This document shows, in pieces, positions 11,858 to 62,789 of a stretch of DNA of 64,000 bases. The stretch spans positions 558,001 through 622,000 of the forward strand of contig MU056000.1 of assembly GCA_013239625.1 (NCBI GenBank), read 5' to 3'. The stretch's first letter is position 1, and each line of letters opens with the position of its first letter. The position numbers were made by a program, and so were the translations under genes. The notes beneath the pieces are model-generated. The model was given only the letters and a program-made list of their open reading frames with translations, did not search any database and was not told the DNA's origin. Origin of the DNA: Lama guanicoe. Its lineage: Eukaryota.

Positions 11858-12361
11858 TGTCGACTGCAGAAAAGACGCCCACCCTAAAAGCTGAGTTACG
11901 CTTTATTTGGTGGACTTAGTGGGGACCCGCGCCCGGGAGACGGCCTCTCAGGTGCTCTAGGGGACTGTTCTGGAGAAGCGAGGGAGAAACCAGGACGTGC
12001 AGGGGTTTTTGCAGCACAGACCAGGTAGCTGGAACGTCAGAAGGTGACTGTGGATTAAGGAACACCAGACGTCTCAAGTTGGGGAACTTAGCATTTCTCT
12101 ACACACGGGAAGATGCAGGCGTCTGGGCTCACTGAAGCCACCCCTGTGACGTGCACCTGAGCTGCCCGGGGCCAGGGTCCTGTGCCTCCCCAGCCCGAGT
12201 CCCCTCGGGGGCACCGCCTGGGGCGGCAGCAGAGGCCGGGCTGCCTGCTTGTCCGCATCCCGAGTTCCCTGCGGGCCCCTGGGGGCCAGGGTACTGTCTG
12301 ATGACTTGATGGCCGCAGTGTCCTTTGTTTACTGGTGCGGCTGCTATACTTTTCACTCACG
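11858..12361 (-). mobile_element. Solo ERV1-class LTR (~500 bp; resembles MER41-like LTRs I recall from cetartiodactyl genomes)
   Basis: Starts TGTCGACT; AATAAA on - strand at 11902..11907; imperfect 4-bp flanks AGGG/AGGT; family assignment from memory only. Confidence 0.6.
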
Positions 12362-15300
12362 AGGTCAACAAGAAAGACCGCTTGTGAGCATTGATGTGGA
12401 CACATTAACCAAACACCCGCCTGTGCAGAACCCGTCCCGTGGATGCCGTAGCTGCCCTGGGGCTGGGGGCCCACAGGAACCCACGTGTCGGGGAAGCAGA
12501 GGCCCCCCCTGAAAGAAAGGCTGGGGTGCGGCTGGAGGCGGAGATGGAGGAGGACTGTGCCTGCCCGGGGCTCTGGTGGGGGAGCCGGTTTCCCACGCTG
12601 TGTCCACCCTCCTTGAAGGCACCACGGAAGTGTGGTGAACGGTCAGGTCTTGCCATTGATTTAAGTGTAGACTTTGCAACTGGATCATCTCAAAGGTGGA
12701 CCAACCTGTATCTTACAGGCCCAAGAAGGCCCCTTGGAGAGTGTGTTGCCAAATAAACCTGATGCTGAGTGAGGGGAGCTCTCTGTGGCGCTCCCAGGGC
12801 GTGGTCTCTGGTCTCCGGCTGACCCCAGAGCCGGTCATGTCAGCTCCATGCCCCCCAGTCCCCCTCCGGACCCTCCGTCCACACACACCCGGTCTCCCTC
12901 TTGTGCCGCCTCCCAGGGAAGGGGAGGCCTTGTCTGGGGTCTCGGGGTCCAGTCCTGTTCCTTCAGCGGCTCCAGGCCTGCCAGGTCAGTCCTGCCCACC
13001 TGTCTGGACCCGTGGGCCTGTGTCTCAGCTGCCCTGCCCATCCCTGTCCTCCCAGCCCAGAGGTGGGTCCAAAGAGTGGCGCCACCCTGCCCTGTGGACC
13101 TGGCCCAGCGCAGCCTGGCCTTTCCGGTCCACAGCACGCAGGCCGTGGGGCCACAGCCTCCCCACCCCCATCCACACTTCTTTCTCCTCTGTGTCCCGGG
13201 TCCCTCTGAGCACAGGCAGGACACGGGTCACTCACGTCTCTGCATTTCTGGCACGTGGTGCAGGATGTGGGAAGAGACGGCCCGGCCCAGAGCCCCCCGC
13301 CCGCAGCCCCTCCCACCCCCAGGAGCCCTGTGCCCCCACCACACGCTGGCCTCGCTGCCTCGGGTCCTGTTCCCACCTGCTCCTTGGGGCCCCACAGCTT
13401 GTCCCCGGTGTCACGCTCCTCAGCAGAGGGGCCCAGCGAGCTGAGGGTCACTGAGTGACTTGACGTATGGGCCCCCCGCCCCCGGCCCGCCCACCCCCAC
13501 AACCAGATGTAGGACAGCCGCCCAGCCTGAGCCTGAAGGGTGGGGAGGGAGGCTCCCACCTCCAGCCATCAGCTGAGATGGGGGCAGTGGCCTCTCGTGG
13601 GCTCCATGAGCCACAGCTCCGGCAAAACACTCAACGCCTCCGTTAGCGTTGAATGTGGGCCTCTGCCCCGGGGAGGGGCAGACCATGGACAAGCGCGTGC
13701 CCCCAGCCCCTCCTCGCCCTCTGATGTGCCGCAACCCCGGGGCCTCCGTCTGGAGCTGATTCCGGTGGGGCTGCGTCCCCAGCAAGATGCTAGTTGATGC
13801 CATGACGCTGGTCCAGAACCCTGTGCAGGAAGGGGCACCCAGGGCCCTGACCTCCCTGCACCTGGCGGCCCAGGTGAGCGCCCCTGGCCACTGCTGATGC
13901 AGGCAGTGAGGGTGTGCACCCGGCGGGGCTGGGGAGAGCAGGTCCTAGGGGACGGGATGGGAAGGGGCTCTGGAGGGAGTGGTGGTCAGACCTCACTTAC
14001 CAGGAAACCTGGGGGGGCCCGGTCGACAACGTGGAGGTGGGGAGGGAAGGGCGGGGGCGGCGGAGTGGGGCGTGCCGAGAACTCCCACAGAGGACAGTCA
14101 GCAGCTCAGAATCACAGCTCATGAGCCCCTCGGCCCTGAAGGCTCCCCAGAGAAGATTCCAGATCACGGGAGAGGCAGCAAATGCACACTGACTGGGGCC
14201 ACGGGGACCTGAGGGTCCCGAGCGTGGGCTGAGCAGGGGGAGGGCCGAGGTGCCCACAGAAGGCTCGGCGAGTCCGACAAAGCCCCCAGACATGTGCTCA
14301 AAGTCCAAAAGCATTTCTGTCGGGCTGCCACCGGTCAGGAGCTAATGTTTAAAGTTACCGTGTTGGTTAATTTCATGTCGACCTGACTGGCTCAGGGGCC
14401 CAGTGCTCTGTGAAGCGTGACTTCCAGGTGTGTCTGTGAGGGCTTCTGGAAGGGGTCAGCCTTTGACTCAGTGAACTGAACAAAGATTCACCCTCCTGGC
14501 TGTGGGCGGCACCATCCAACCTGTGGACCACAGCTGTGACGGGAGGGCCGACTCCCTCTGCTCCAGCCGGGCCGTGGCCTCTGGCCCTGGGCGTCGCAGG
14601 TTCTGGGCCTGGGGCCTGAGGACTGGCGCGTACACCGCTGGCTGCCCGTGCTCCTGAGCCTCCAGCCTGAGGGCAGGTGACGGGGCCTCTCAGCCCCCGA
14701 CGTGGGGCGACCCCCGTAATTACGCCTCCTCTGACGTCTGCCGGGGTGCGTCCTACCATTCTGAACATCAGCGTCGGCCAGTAAGTCTAATAGGGGACAT
14801 ACGCGCCCTCCCCCAAAAGCTAAGCTCCGAGGACACCCACGTGAAGCGGCGACGCAGCCCAATCGGAATCTCCAGGGGACGGTTTTGCAGCCGTCAATCA
14901 GCTGATGCTAACAGGGCAGGAGCCGCGGTAACTAAGTCAGTGTGCGAGGCCCGGTGCGAGGCCAGGCAACGGGACCAGCGGGGCAGGACAGCGGGGCACG
15001 AAGGTTGCTGCCACGCTCGGCTGTCGTGGAGCGCAGGGCCATGCACCTCCACGACTGTGGACAGCATCTCTCGGCGGGGCCGTGGGGGGTCACACGGTCA
15101 CTCTATGTTTAGCAAACCCAGGAACCGCCACTCCCTTCCCAGGGCAGCCCCAGCTGCGCCCCCACCGGCGGTGTCCTCCACACGCCTGCAACACGGGTTC
15201 GTCTCCTTTTCCTCGGTCACACCCACATCCTAGTCAGTGTGAAGTGCTGTCTCGTGAGCCCATGTATCAGATTAAAGGGTCCGCTCTAATCAGAGTCTTT

Positions 15301-15576
15301 GCTGGTTCCACCCATATGGAAACTACAGGCTGGTAATTCCAGCGAGCAGCCGCGTCTCCTTACTGCGCTGCACATGTACCCGGGGGGCAGGGGGCCGCTT
15401 CCTACTGACTCCATCAGCCTGTTGCTTTGGTTTGACTTTTTCAGACAGTTCACATGCTAACTCTCCAGCCACATGATCAGACCTGAAATAAACCCGGGGA
15501 GGGGGTGCGTTTCTCCACACGTTTAATTTTCATGCTCGATGAGACAGAGTGTTCTCCAACACACTCAGATCTTCAT

Positions 15577-15582
15577 TTTATT
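15577..15582 (-). terminator. Probable SLC12A7 polyadenylation signal (AATAAA; second ATTAAA at 15522..15527)
   Basis: TTTATT on the + strand ~1.6 kb past the stop codon, preceded on the transcript by U-rich sequence. Confidence 0.7.
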
Positions 15583-16120
15583 CTACTGACAAAATCATAC
15601 AAAGATCCTCGAAAAGGCAAACACGAAGCCAACGGCCACAGTTAAGAGTCCCACAGTTTACAGAACAGGAAGGACCTAGGGTGCAGACAGACGTGGCAGG
15701 TGCTTGGCCAGGCCGGGTGTCGCAGAGGGTGGGGGGTCCTGTATGCGCAGCTGCTTCCCAGCCTTGACCAACCTGCCAGCCGGTGCACAGGGACCCGGGA
15801 CCCAGGAGAGGGACCTGAAGAGGGAGGTACAAGTCACTGCTGAACTGAGATCCCCGCCCCAAGCTCAGCTGTGGCGTTTGGCACACGCTCTGGCCGTGGT
15901 CATCCTGACGGTGACGCTGACCCTCCATGCTGCCTGACTGCCCCTCAGAAACATCTGGAAACACGCTTAGCCCCTGCCTGACCTGAAGCCTGTGGACAGG
16001 GCCGATTCGCTTGGGAGCCCATGGCAACCAGAGAAAGCCAAGGGCCTGGCTGTTCGGAGCCCATTTCACAGACACAACCTCCTTGTGGACGATGTTTATC
16101 ACTGAAACTCCCCCGGACGT

Positions 16121-16136
16121 TTAAATAAATAAATAA
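16121..16136 (-). promoter_or_regulatory. AU-rich element in SLC12A7 3'UTR
   Basis: Transcript reads UUAUUUAUUUAUUUAA (three overlapping AUUUA) in an otherwise GC-rich UTR. Confidence 0.6.
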
Positions 16137-17185
16137 CCCATACAGAAAGTGAGGCACAAATTACTGCAACAACACACGGTGAACATGACAGCGCGTGTAA
16201 AGTGCAAACAGTCCAGGATCAAGGGAAGGTGCCTGTCAGTGCCCCGAACGTGGCGGGAACACCCCCACCCCCACAGCCACAATGCCCCAGGCCCATCCGG
16301 AGGTGACAGGCTCAGCTGGCAGCCGTGTGCAGTGGCTGCAGGACCTCCCACGGCTGCACCCCGTCCCCTCTCAAGAGCCTGAAGCATGGAAACGAGGTTG
16401 CAGGAGCCAGTGCGTCAGACGCTGAACCGTGTGGCACTCCCCATCCTGAAGGCTCTTCCACTGTCGCCTGCAGCGGGGGATTCCCGGCATCCGCCATTTC
16501 TAGGGTCGCCCCCGGCCTCCCAGTCACCCGCACCAGGTACAGCAGCTCGGGTGCCGGCCGGGCCGTCAGTGCGGGGAGACAACTGGTCACGAGCACGGCC
16601 TGGCTCCTCCTCCGGCTGCTTCCTGGTACGAACCCCACCAGGACCCGCCCACCCACCCGCAGACGCCTGCCCTGCGGTCCGCAAGAACCAGCACATGAGC
16701 CCACCGTCGAGGGGACGGTCTTTACTCTGCCTCCATTTCAGAAACCCCAGCCCGGCTACTGAGAGGGGCAGGTGGGCAGCATTGCCCGGGGAGCCGACAC
16801 GAGCCCTCAGCCGCGGGTCAGCTTCAGCCTGGGGGCTTCTCCTGGCACCGTGCGGGGGCCGGGGGTCTGAGTGACCCTGACTGCACAACAGCCTGCAGAT
16901 CCAGCCCAGGGAGATCAGTTCGAGAGTCCAGGTGCTCCCTGTCTCTCTTTGCCGTCAGGAGACGGACGGGCACAGACCAGGTCGCCGCCAGCAGCCCGGG
17001 AGCATGGGGAGCACTGAGGGTGTCGAGCCTGCCCTGGGACGTGGGGAAGGCTTCAGTCACGCGTCAGCGCTCGGCCTGGAGAGCCCCGGTGCCATCTAGA
17101 AACTTCTACAGGACGCCACGCACTGGCCACTGCACACTGCAGCACCGTCCCCACCTGCCCAGTGCACCCCCAGGGTGGCCGAGCG

Positions 17186-55517
<38,332 letters not shown>

Positions 55518-57389
55518 GGCGCGCTCGGCACTCGGGCCACTCGGAGCGCCCTGCTCCGCTCCGCTCCGCTCCGCGCGCCCCGGCCCGGCTCCGCCCGCTC
55601 CGGCCGACGCGCCGGGACTAGAGCGCAGGGGCGGGGTCCGTGGGGCCCGCCCCCGGCCCGCCCGCCCCACGTGACAGCACCTGCCGTCCCCGCGGGCCCT
55701 GGAAAAGTTTGTGTGCCGCCCGGCGGGGCGGGGCGGGGCGAGGTGGAGCGGGGCGCCTTCCGCAGAGAGCCCCCCTCTCCCAGCCTGCTCCCGGAGGCTG
55801 CCTGCGCCCCCGGACCCCGGTGCCGCCGCTCCCCCAGCGGCTGACTCGGTTCCTGCACTGCCCGCCCCACCTCCTGCCCCAAGCAGGCCTCTGCCTGGTC
55901 TGTCCCCCACCAAGCCCGCACTTCCACCCCCTCCCGCAACTGCACCCACCTCTGCCTTCACTGTCCCTCCCCAGTCCTCTCTGTCCCCAACCTGCAGCCG
56001 GAGAGTGGGACTGACCACCTGGGGCGGTGATCCGGTCTCCCCTCCCCTCCCCCTTGCCGGGCTGAGGCTCACCAGCCAGGGGTCCAGGGAAGCGCTTCCA
56101 GCAGGGGGGCCAGTCTAGGGGCTCCACGCACAACGGACATAACCCCACAGACACGAGTCACCAGGGCTCTGGGACACGACTTCTGCCCACTGGGGACCCC
56201 AGGCCCATCCCCGCGGCTCAGAGGAGCCCTCCCCTGCCCATACCCCACTGGGGCACATCTGGGCAGGCCCCAAGGGCAGCTTGCAGTACAGAGCAGGAAA
56301 GGCCGCAAGGTGGGGGTCGGGACCCCAGCCAGGCACTCACCAGGATGCCAGGGGCCTCGTATCCTCCAAGCACCTGGAAATTTGTTAAAGACACAGGAAA
56401 GCCGGCTACAACCAATGTCCATGAAAGAGAAGTTGGTCCAAAAAGTTGTGACATTTGGATGCAATGATCACCCCAAAATAGTTTTACAAAAATAGAGCAG
56501 AAATGCAGGCGGTGTGGGCAAAGATGGTCACAACATACTGTAGCAACAAGCAGACGCGCGGATGGGATCGAGTGTGAACCTGCGTGGGTTTCTCTGGGCC
56601 TGAGGCAGGGAAGCGCTGTGTATCTCGGGGTGGGGGCCCCAGGGGCTCTGCATTTCCAGGCACTGTGCTCCCCTCAACAGCCAGACCACAGAAAATCAAA
56701 ACAAGGAAAGCCACAAGCAGCAAAAGACAACGGAGAAGCAGGTAGGGCGTCTCAGTTCGGCAGAAGTTGGGCACCTGGGCCCTCCAGAGATGTTTCCCTG
56801 TGACCCCGCCCCCACCCAGCACCAGCCTTCTGAGTCGGGCCACGCTCACACCCACCTACACAGAAGGAAGGGGCTGGAGTGTCACATGGCAGAGGTCAGG
56901 GCTGCGGGTGGCACTAGGTGGCTGTTAGCCCCTTCTCCACGTCAGCAGCATGGAAGGTGGGAAAAAGACCACCCCAAAAGACAGGGGGGTCCCCAGGTGT
57001 CCTTCCCAGGGAGGCGGCCCGCCCTCTTGGAAAGGTGTGAGCATCAGTCTGCGAAACCAAGGATGTGGTGCTGAAGAGGGTGGTGGGAGCACAGGCACCT
57101 CAGAGGGTCCCCTGCATCCCTGCCACTGGGTGCTGGGCACACCCTCTCCCCAGGCCCTGCAAGGACCCCATGTCTGCCCCACATGCAGTGGCTCAGAAGG
57201 GGCTGCGGCCTCTTCCCTGGACCTGGGAACCTCCACACCTGAGACCCCGGCCCCACGTGTCCTCCAGGACAGCAAGTCCACGGCCCAGAAAGATGAAGCC
57301 ACAGCTGACTCTGGGGTGGCAAAGTTGGAGGACCAACCGCAGCCTCTGAAAGAGACGGGAGACACCCTCCCAGCCCCCTGCAAACGATC

Positions 57390-57432
57390 CTTCACCTCTG
57401 GCCACAGTTTCCTCATCTGTAAGATAAGGGCT
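57390..57432. mobile_element. MIR core remnant
   Basis: CAGTTTCCTCATCTGTAAGATAAGGG matches the MIR core. Confidence 0.6.
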
Positions 57433-57889
57433 GGACCTGTGCTGGCTCCTGTGGTCATCAACACAGCTGGACGGAGCCGAGACCCACCCTGGGAGGTGGC
57501 TGCCCTCCTGCCCTTGGGGCTCTGTCAGTACAACCTCGCCCTCCTTCGGGTGGCAATCAGGGCTCAGTCTGCAGAAGCCTTGCCAGTTACCCCACATCCA
57601 GCTCCCCACTGTGACCCCCTCTGTGACCCCAAGTCCAGGCCCTTCACCCCCAGACTCCCTCAGACTCTCAATGTGACCCTATATCTGGGTCCCTCCACCC
57701 CCAGGACTCCTGCTGTGGTGCCCCAGCCCTGCCCACTTAGAAGCCCGCAGTCCACCCTGGGAACACATACCCCAGCGCCTCGCTGGTTCCAGGGTTCCGC
57801 AGAACAATGGCCCGGCTGCTGAATCACGTCATTGTCACCTGAGAGTGCAAACAGGACCCAGCCCTCAGTGGGCGGGCGAGAGGGGTGAG

Positions 57890-57998
57890 GAGGTGAAGGG
57901 GAAATGGAGGGGCAACTGTGAAGGACATTATGGGGCACATGGGAGTCCTCACACTATTGCTGCACTTTTCTGGAGCTTCAGAATTTTTCAAAATAAAA
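57890..57998 (+). mobile_element. L1MC/ME-like 3'-end fragment
   Basis: CACTATTGCTGCACTTTTCTG...TTTTCAAAATAAAA resembles an old L1 3' terminus. Confidence 0.5.
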
Positions 57999-60269
57999 CC
58001 ATGTTCTAACTCTAGGTAGAAGCTCCTCGTTGCAGAGTGACACACGACCATACCTTGAAACACGTCGTCTCCACAACCTTCAGTGCCCCCAGGGAGTGGT
58101 GCTGACGTCCTGCTCTCAGCTGGCCCCACTCTGCCTGTCCCCGGCTCAGGATGTCTGGTGCTTGTGGCCGAGTGGCCCACTCCCGGTTCCGGGATGCCTC
58201 GGGCTCACCCCCCTGCTCCACCACCCCCAGGACCGGGGTACACACAGAGGAGCAGGGGGCAGACCCCCAAGAAGTATTGTCAGGTTGGATCTTGAGACGC
58301 CCAGGTGGGACCCCCAAAATGAAAGAGGTCACATCAAAAGAAGGAGCAAGCTAGAAAGCCCGGGACTCGAGTGCCGGAGAGGAGTCACAGCCCTTCCACG
58401 GCTGGCTCGGGCTCTGTGCCGTGGGAGCCGTGCCCTCACTCCCGCCTCTCTCCCAGGACGCTGCCAGCTGGAGCGAAGCGGAGGCTCCAGTATCTCTAAA
58501 GTCTGAGATGCCCAAATGCCGTCTTGTCCTCCAGCTCCCCTTCTGGCTCCACAAGTCATCTCTTTTCAAATGAGTCTTGGATAAATGCTTGCTGTCAGCT
58601 CAGAGGAAAGTCCACACCAGTGTCCAAATGGGTTTAGATCCACCTGAACCGGCACTGAGAAGCCAGCTCCAGAGTCGGACGGAGGGTGAACCTGGGACTG
58701 ACTCGGGGTCCCCGGAACTGTCGACCTCCCCTCTGCAGCACAGGCAGCCTCGGCTGAGGGATGGGAGGGTGGGAGGTGGGGGTGTCTAGTGGGCGGTGGG
58801 GGTTGAGTGGAACACAGCCTTGGCCAGGGGTGGGGAGAGCTGGGCCTGCAGCCTTGGAAGGGGGTTCCTGCCTGTCCTCCTCTAGGAGGACCCAGAGCCC
58901 GGATGAGAGTGTGCTAAGGCCCCGCCCGGAGAACTTTTCCCTGTAACCTGAGGACTTTACAAAGGCTTTCCAAAAACTACAGCAAAAGAACGCAGCCTGC
59001 TAAGTGAAGCGGGGAGCCACCGCCAGAGCCAGCGGGGTCCTCCGCAGTAACAGCACGGGTGTTCAGGAAGGCAACGGGGAGCCGGACAAGTGGACAAACC
59101 CTGACGCCAGGGCCAAGGACCTCGCTCTGGGCACGGGCAGTCTCGGGAAGTCTCCCGCTGGAGACAGGGCGCACCCCACTGGGAAAGTGAGGATGCGTCT
59201 GCAGGAGGTGGAGCCCTGGCCAGCACGGCCCGAGGGGGCTGGGGTGAGTCCTCAGCCATGGTCTTGAAAGTGGAGGGCCCTGGGCGACCGCATTCAGAAC
59301 AAACTGGGCTGAAACCCCAAAGACGCTGACCATCTTGGGGGTTCTTCCAGGGGTGGCGAGGTGACTGGCGGGCCTCAGCCTGGTTTCCGGGAAGGCAGAG
59401 CCGGTCCAGATCAGCGCTGGAGGGGCGGGGAGAGAGGCAGGCCCAACTCCCGCGAGGCTCGCAGCCTCGGCGATCACAGACACGATTGTTTAAATCTTCA
59501 AAAAGGAAAGCGGCCTGCCGTTGTTGGGGACGAGCACGCCAGACCGTCCCCCACGGGTAGACTGTTCCCGAAGAGGGTGGAGCAGCATTTTATAACTGGC
59601 CCAGAAAGGAGGACCCTGCCTCTTTCTTGTGAAACCAGAGTCTGATCTGTGAAAGTACAAGTGTTGCTCCTGACCTGACACTGTACACGGAGGAGGTAAA
59701 GAGGTTTTGGCGAGCTGGAAGAATTCACCCTCTGTTTGGCAGAACATGAGAGAGGTGCCACCGACACGTCAACATGTATCAAGCCCCTGGGCACTGGGGA
59801 TGCAGACACCAGACCCACAGCTGCCACCACCTTCTCCCATCCCTGTCCACGGGCCACGGCTGGAGCCCAGACACCCGGCACCCACACGGCGGTCCCCAGA
59901 CTCCCCGAGGGCCGTCAGCCCCACAGAAGCGCTGGAGAGGCATACACCTCCGCTGGCCGTGTAGAAATGTCTGAAGCTACCCCTCCGTCCACCGCTGCCC
60001 ACACACACTACTGTGTCTCACCCGTGTTCGAGGTCCCTGGGGGCCCAGGCAGCCAGTCCCGGCTCAGCCGTCAGGCCCCAGGAACAGCAATGACTCTCAG
60101 GCCACGGGGCTCCGGGCCGAGTATCTCCCCTACCCTGCCATCCCTCTGCTATCTCTGACCCAGCGCCTAGGCCCCGGGGCTCCCCCCACCCCCCCACCCC
60201 CAGCCCGGCCCGAGATGACTCAGGGCACGGGCAGGGCCAGCACAGAGTGACCCCGCCCTGTGGCCTCCT

Positions 60270-60355
60270 TGTACGTTCACAGGAGTGAATGGACTTGACG
60301 CCACTGTACTGCACACTCATATACGGTTAACATGGCCAATTTTATGTCATGCGTG
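60270..60355 (+). mobile_element. L1M 3'-end fragment
   Basis: GTGAATGGACTTGACGCCACTGTACTGCACACT...ACGGTTAACATGGCCAATTTTATGT resembles the L1MA/MB 3' tail. Confidence 0.65.
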
Positions 60356-60579
60356 CAGGGAGCGAGAGGGCCACCATCACGGGGGCCACCATCACCAAGG
60401 GCCACTGTCACAGTCACCAGCACAGGGCCGCTGTCACAGAAAGCCCTCTCCCCGAGAGGGCCACATCTGAGCTCCCGCCATCAGGTCATCCCACCTTCTC
60501 CACAGAAGCCTCCCCCCTCGCCCCTGTTGGGGGGCCCCCCAACCACTTCTGCCAGATTTGAATCCATGTTCCACCACGA

Positions 60580-60975
60580 AAATGTTTCATGTGCCTCAGT
60601 CCACCTCTCCCCACACGGCGCACAAGCATCGCTGCCTTGGTCTCCAGAAGTGTCTCGTCGCGCACAGCTGAGGCTCGCCCCACTGCACTGTGACTCCTCG
60701 TCCTCTCCCCAGCCCGGGACCACCGTCTGCTCTGGGTCTCTATGAATCTGACTCCTCCAGACCCTCGGGTAAGGGCAGTCCTGCAGTGTTTGTCCTCCTG
60801 TGACCAGCTTAGCACAGCGTCCTCGGGGTGCACCCCTGCTGCAGCCTGTGTCAGAGGTCCCTTCCTTTTTAAGGCTGAATAACATTCTGCATGTGGACGG
60901 GCCACGTTGTGTTTGTCCATCACCCACAGATGGACGCCTGGGTTGCTTCCTTCTCATGACCGTTGTGAACACATT
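60580..60975 (-). mobile_element. Old L1M fragment (ORF2 C-terminus / 3'UTR)
   Basis: Degraded peptide HAECYSALKRK...EDAVLS...DKHC resembles the L1 ORF2 end (HTMEYYSAIKRNE...LENIMLSE...DKYC). Confidence 0.75.
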
Positions 60976-61084
60976 TTCTTTACTACGTGACTTCCCTTCT
61001 GTCAAGTGGTGTGGAACACTTTCCAGGGTGCTTGTCTAAGTGAGAAACAGAAGTGTATATACTGTGTTACTATTTTTGTAAGAA

Positions 61085-61085
<1 letters not shown>

Positions 61086-61122
<37 letters not shown>
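61086..61122. repeat. (CA)18 microsatellite
   Basis: Read directly. Confidence 0.97.
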
Positions 61123-61124
<2 letters not shown>

Positions 61125-61313
61125 CTCTGGGAGGATACGGGAGACACCTCGGTGGACAGAGGAAGGGGGCTGATTTCCGCTGGCTGCGCCCTGGACCCTC
61201 TAGGTTCCAGCACTGCCGAGACAAAAATACTTCACAACCATTTAAATTAAACGGCCGCCGCAGCCGGGAGATAAGCAGGTCACGCTCGGGCGCCCAGGAA
61301 GGTGATTCGTGCC

Positions 61314-61372
61314 CTATTATTACCCACAGCGCAGATAAGGTGAGGGAGGCCTGTCCCAAGGTCACAGCCGGG
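61314..61372. mobile_element. MIR remnant
   Basis: TATTATTACCC...CAGATAAGG...CCCAAGGTCACAG. Confidence 0.45.
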
Positions 61373-62789
61373 GTCCTGTGGCTGGGGGAGAGGCCCGCGC
61401 CCATGGGCTGGGGGCTCCGGGCTGAGTCTCCGTGGGACACACGCGTGTGTGTCTGAGCCCCGTGGACCCGGGGCTGCATGGGGGCGGGGGCCCGCAGGCT
61501 CGATTCTGCGAAATGTTTCCCAAACTGGCTGAGGCGTCACTGCATGTTTTAAACTTCAAATCTGCTTGACGAACTGAACCAAACCACCTCTTCTGCACTT
61601 TCTTCTCCACGAAGGGGAGAGAGAGGGAGGGATGCCCGATCAACCGTCTCCAGGTTAGGGAACTGCCTCTTGGTTTAATCACCTCGTTCAAACTTCGGCT
61701 TGACTCACATGAGAGCAGACCGAGGGTGGTGCTGGTGGGGACAGCTGTGTCTGTAAGAACAGCTTTTTTTGTGTAAATAGTGCAAGTCATTAATTACTAT
61801 TTTCTCAGGGCAATGAGCTAAAAATACATTTAAAAAGCTCTGATTGCCACTGAAGGGTGCCAAGGTCAAGCGGGTCTCACAGCTCAGAACCACCAAGTCA
61901 GTCTGTGCCCAACGCAAGAGACAGATGCTCTCGGAGACAACGTCCACGGGCCAAAACCTGTGATCACAGGAGCAGTGAGCAGGGAGGCAGGCAAAGTCAG
62001 GGGACAAGACTGGCTAACCGCGACACTCGTCTTCCACGGAGAACGGGGCCACGGAGCAGAGAAGTGAACCAGCAAGGCGCCGCCACCTCAGCCCGGAGGC
62101 CAGAGAGGCCAGCGGGCCGGTGGCTGCCGCCAGACTCCACGCCAGCAACGTGGTTGGTAGTCGGAGAGGAAGGCAGAACGAAGACGCTTCCGGGTGGCTG
62201 GAACCTGAGAGCGTCCCTCCCAAGCTGAAGGTGGCTGGAATGAGGTTCCCAGCAGAAGCACAGAAGCGCAGGACAACCAGAGGGTGAAGGTGGAGGAAAC
62301 GCGTCAGAACACGGACCTCGTAAGCCAGCAACAGCCCAGGGTGCGAGTCGAAGCGGTGAAGCGTCGAAGGGGTTTGTGGAGTTGACAGGCAGCAACTCGG
62401 GAGGTGGGGCAGGCCCCGCTCCTGAGCTCCGGGAGGAAGTGCTAATTTCCCCAAGCGAGCAGAGGGCAACCCCAGGGAAGGAGAGAAAGCGCAGCTGACC
62501 AGGTATCAGAGGGAGAGAGCCGGAAAGCAAAAAGCTCACGCTGGCAGCCGAGGAGGCGAGAGGAGGCGAGCCCTTCCGACTCCTCAGCTCCCAACGGCAG
62601 GCCTGCCAGCGCTCCAGCGAGAAGCGGGCGCTTCCACACGGACAGTTAGTCTGAGACGCTTTCAGGGCGGATAGAACAAGTGGGCAGGAGCAAACACACG
62701 GGAAAACCAAGCTCAGCGGAGACAAAGTCGTGAACCACACGCACGTGTAAGGAGAGTGACAGCAGAACGCGCACAGAGGGCCAAAGACG

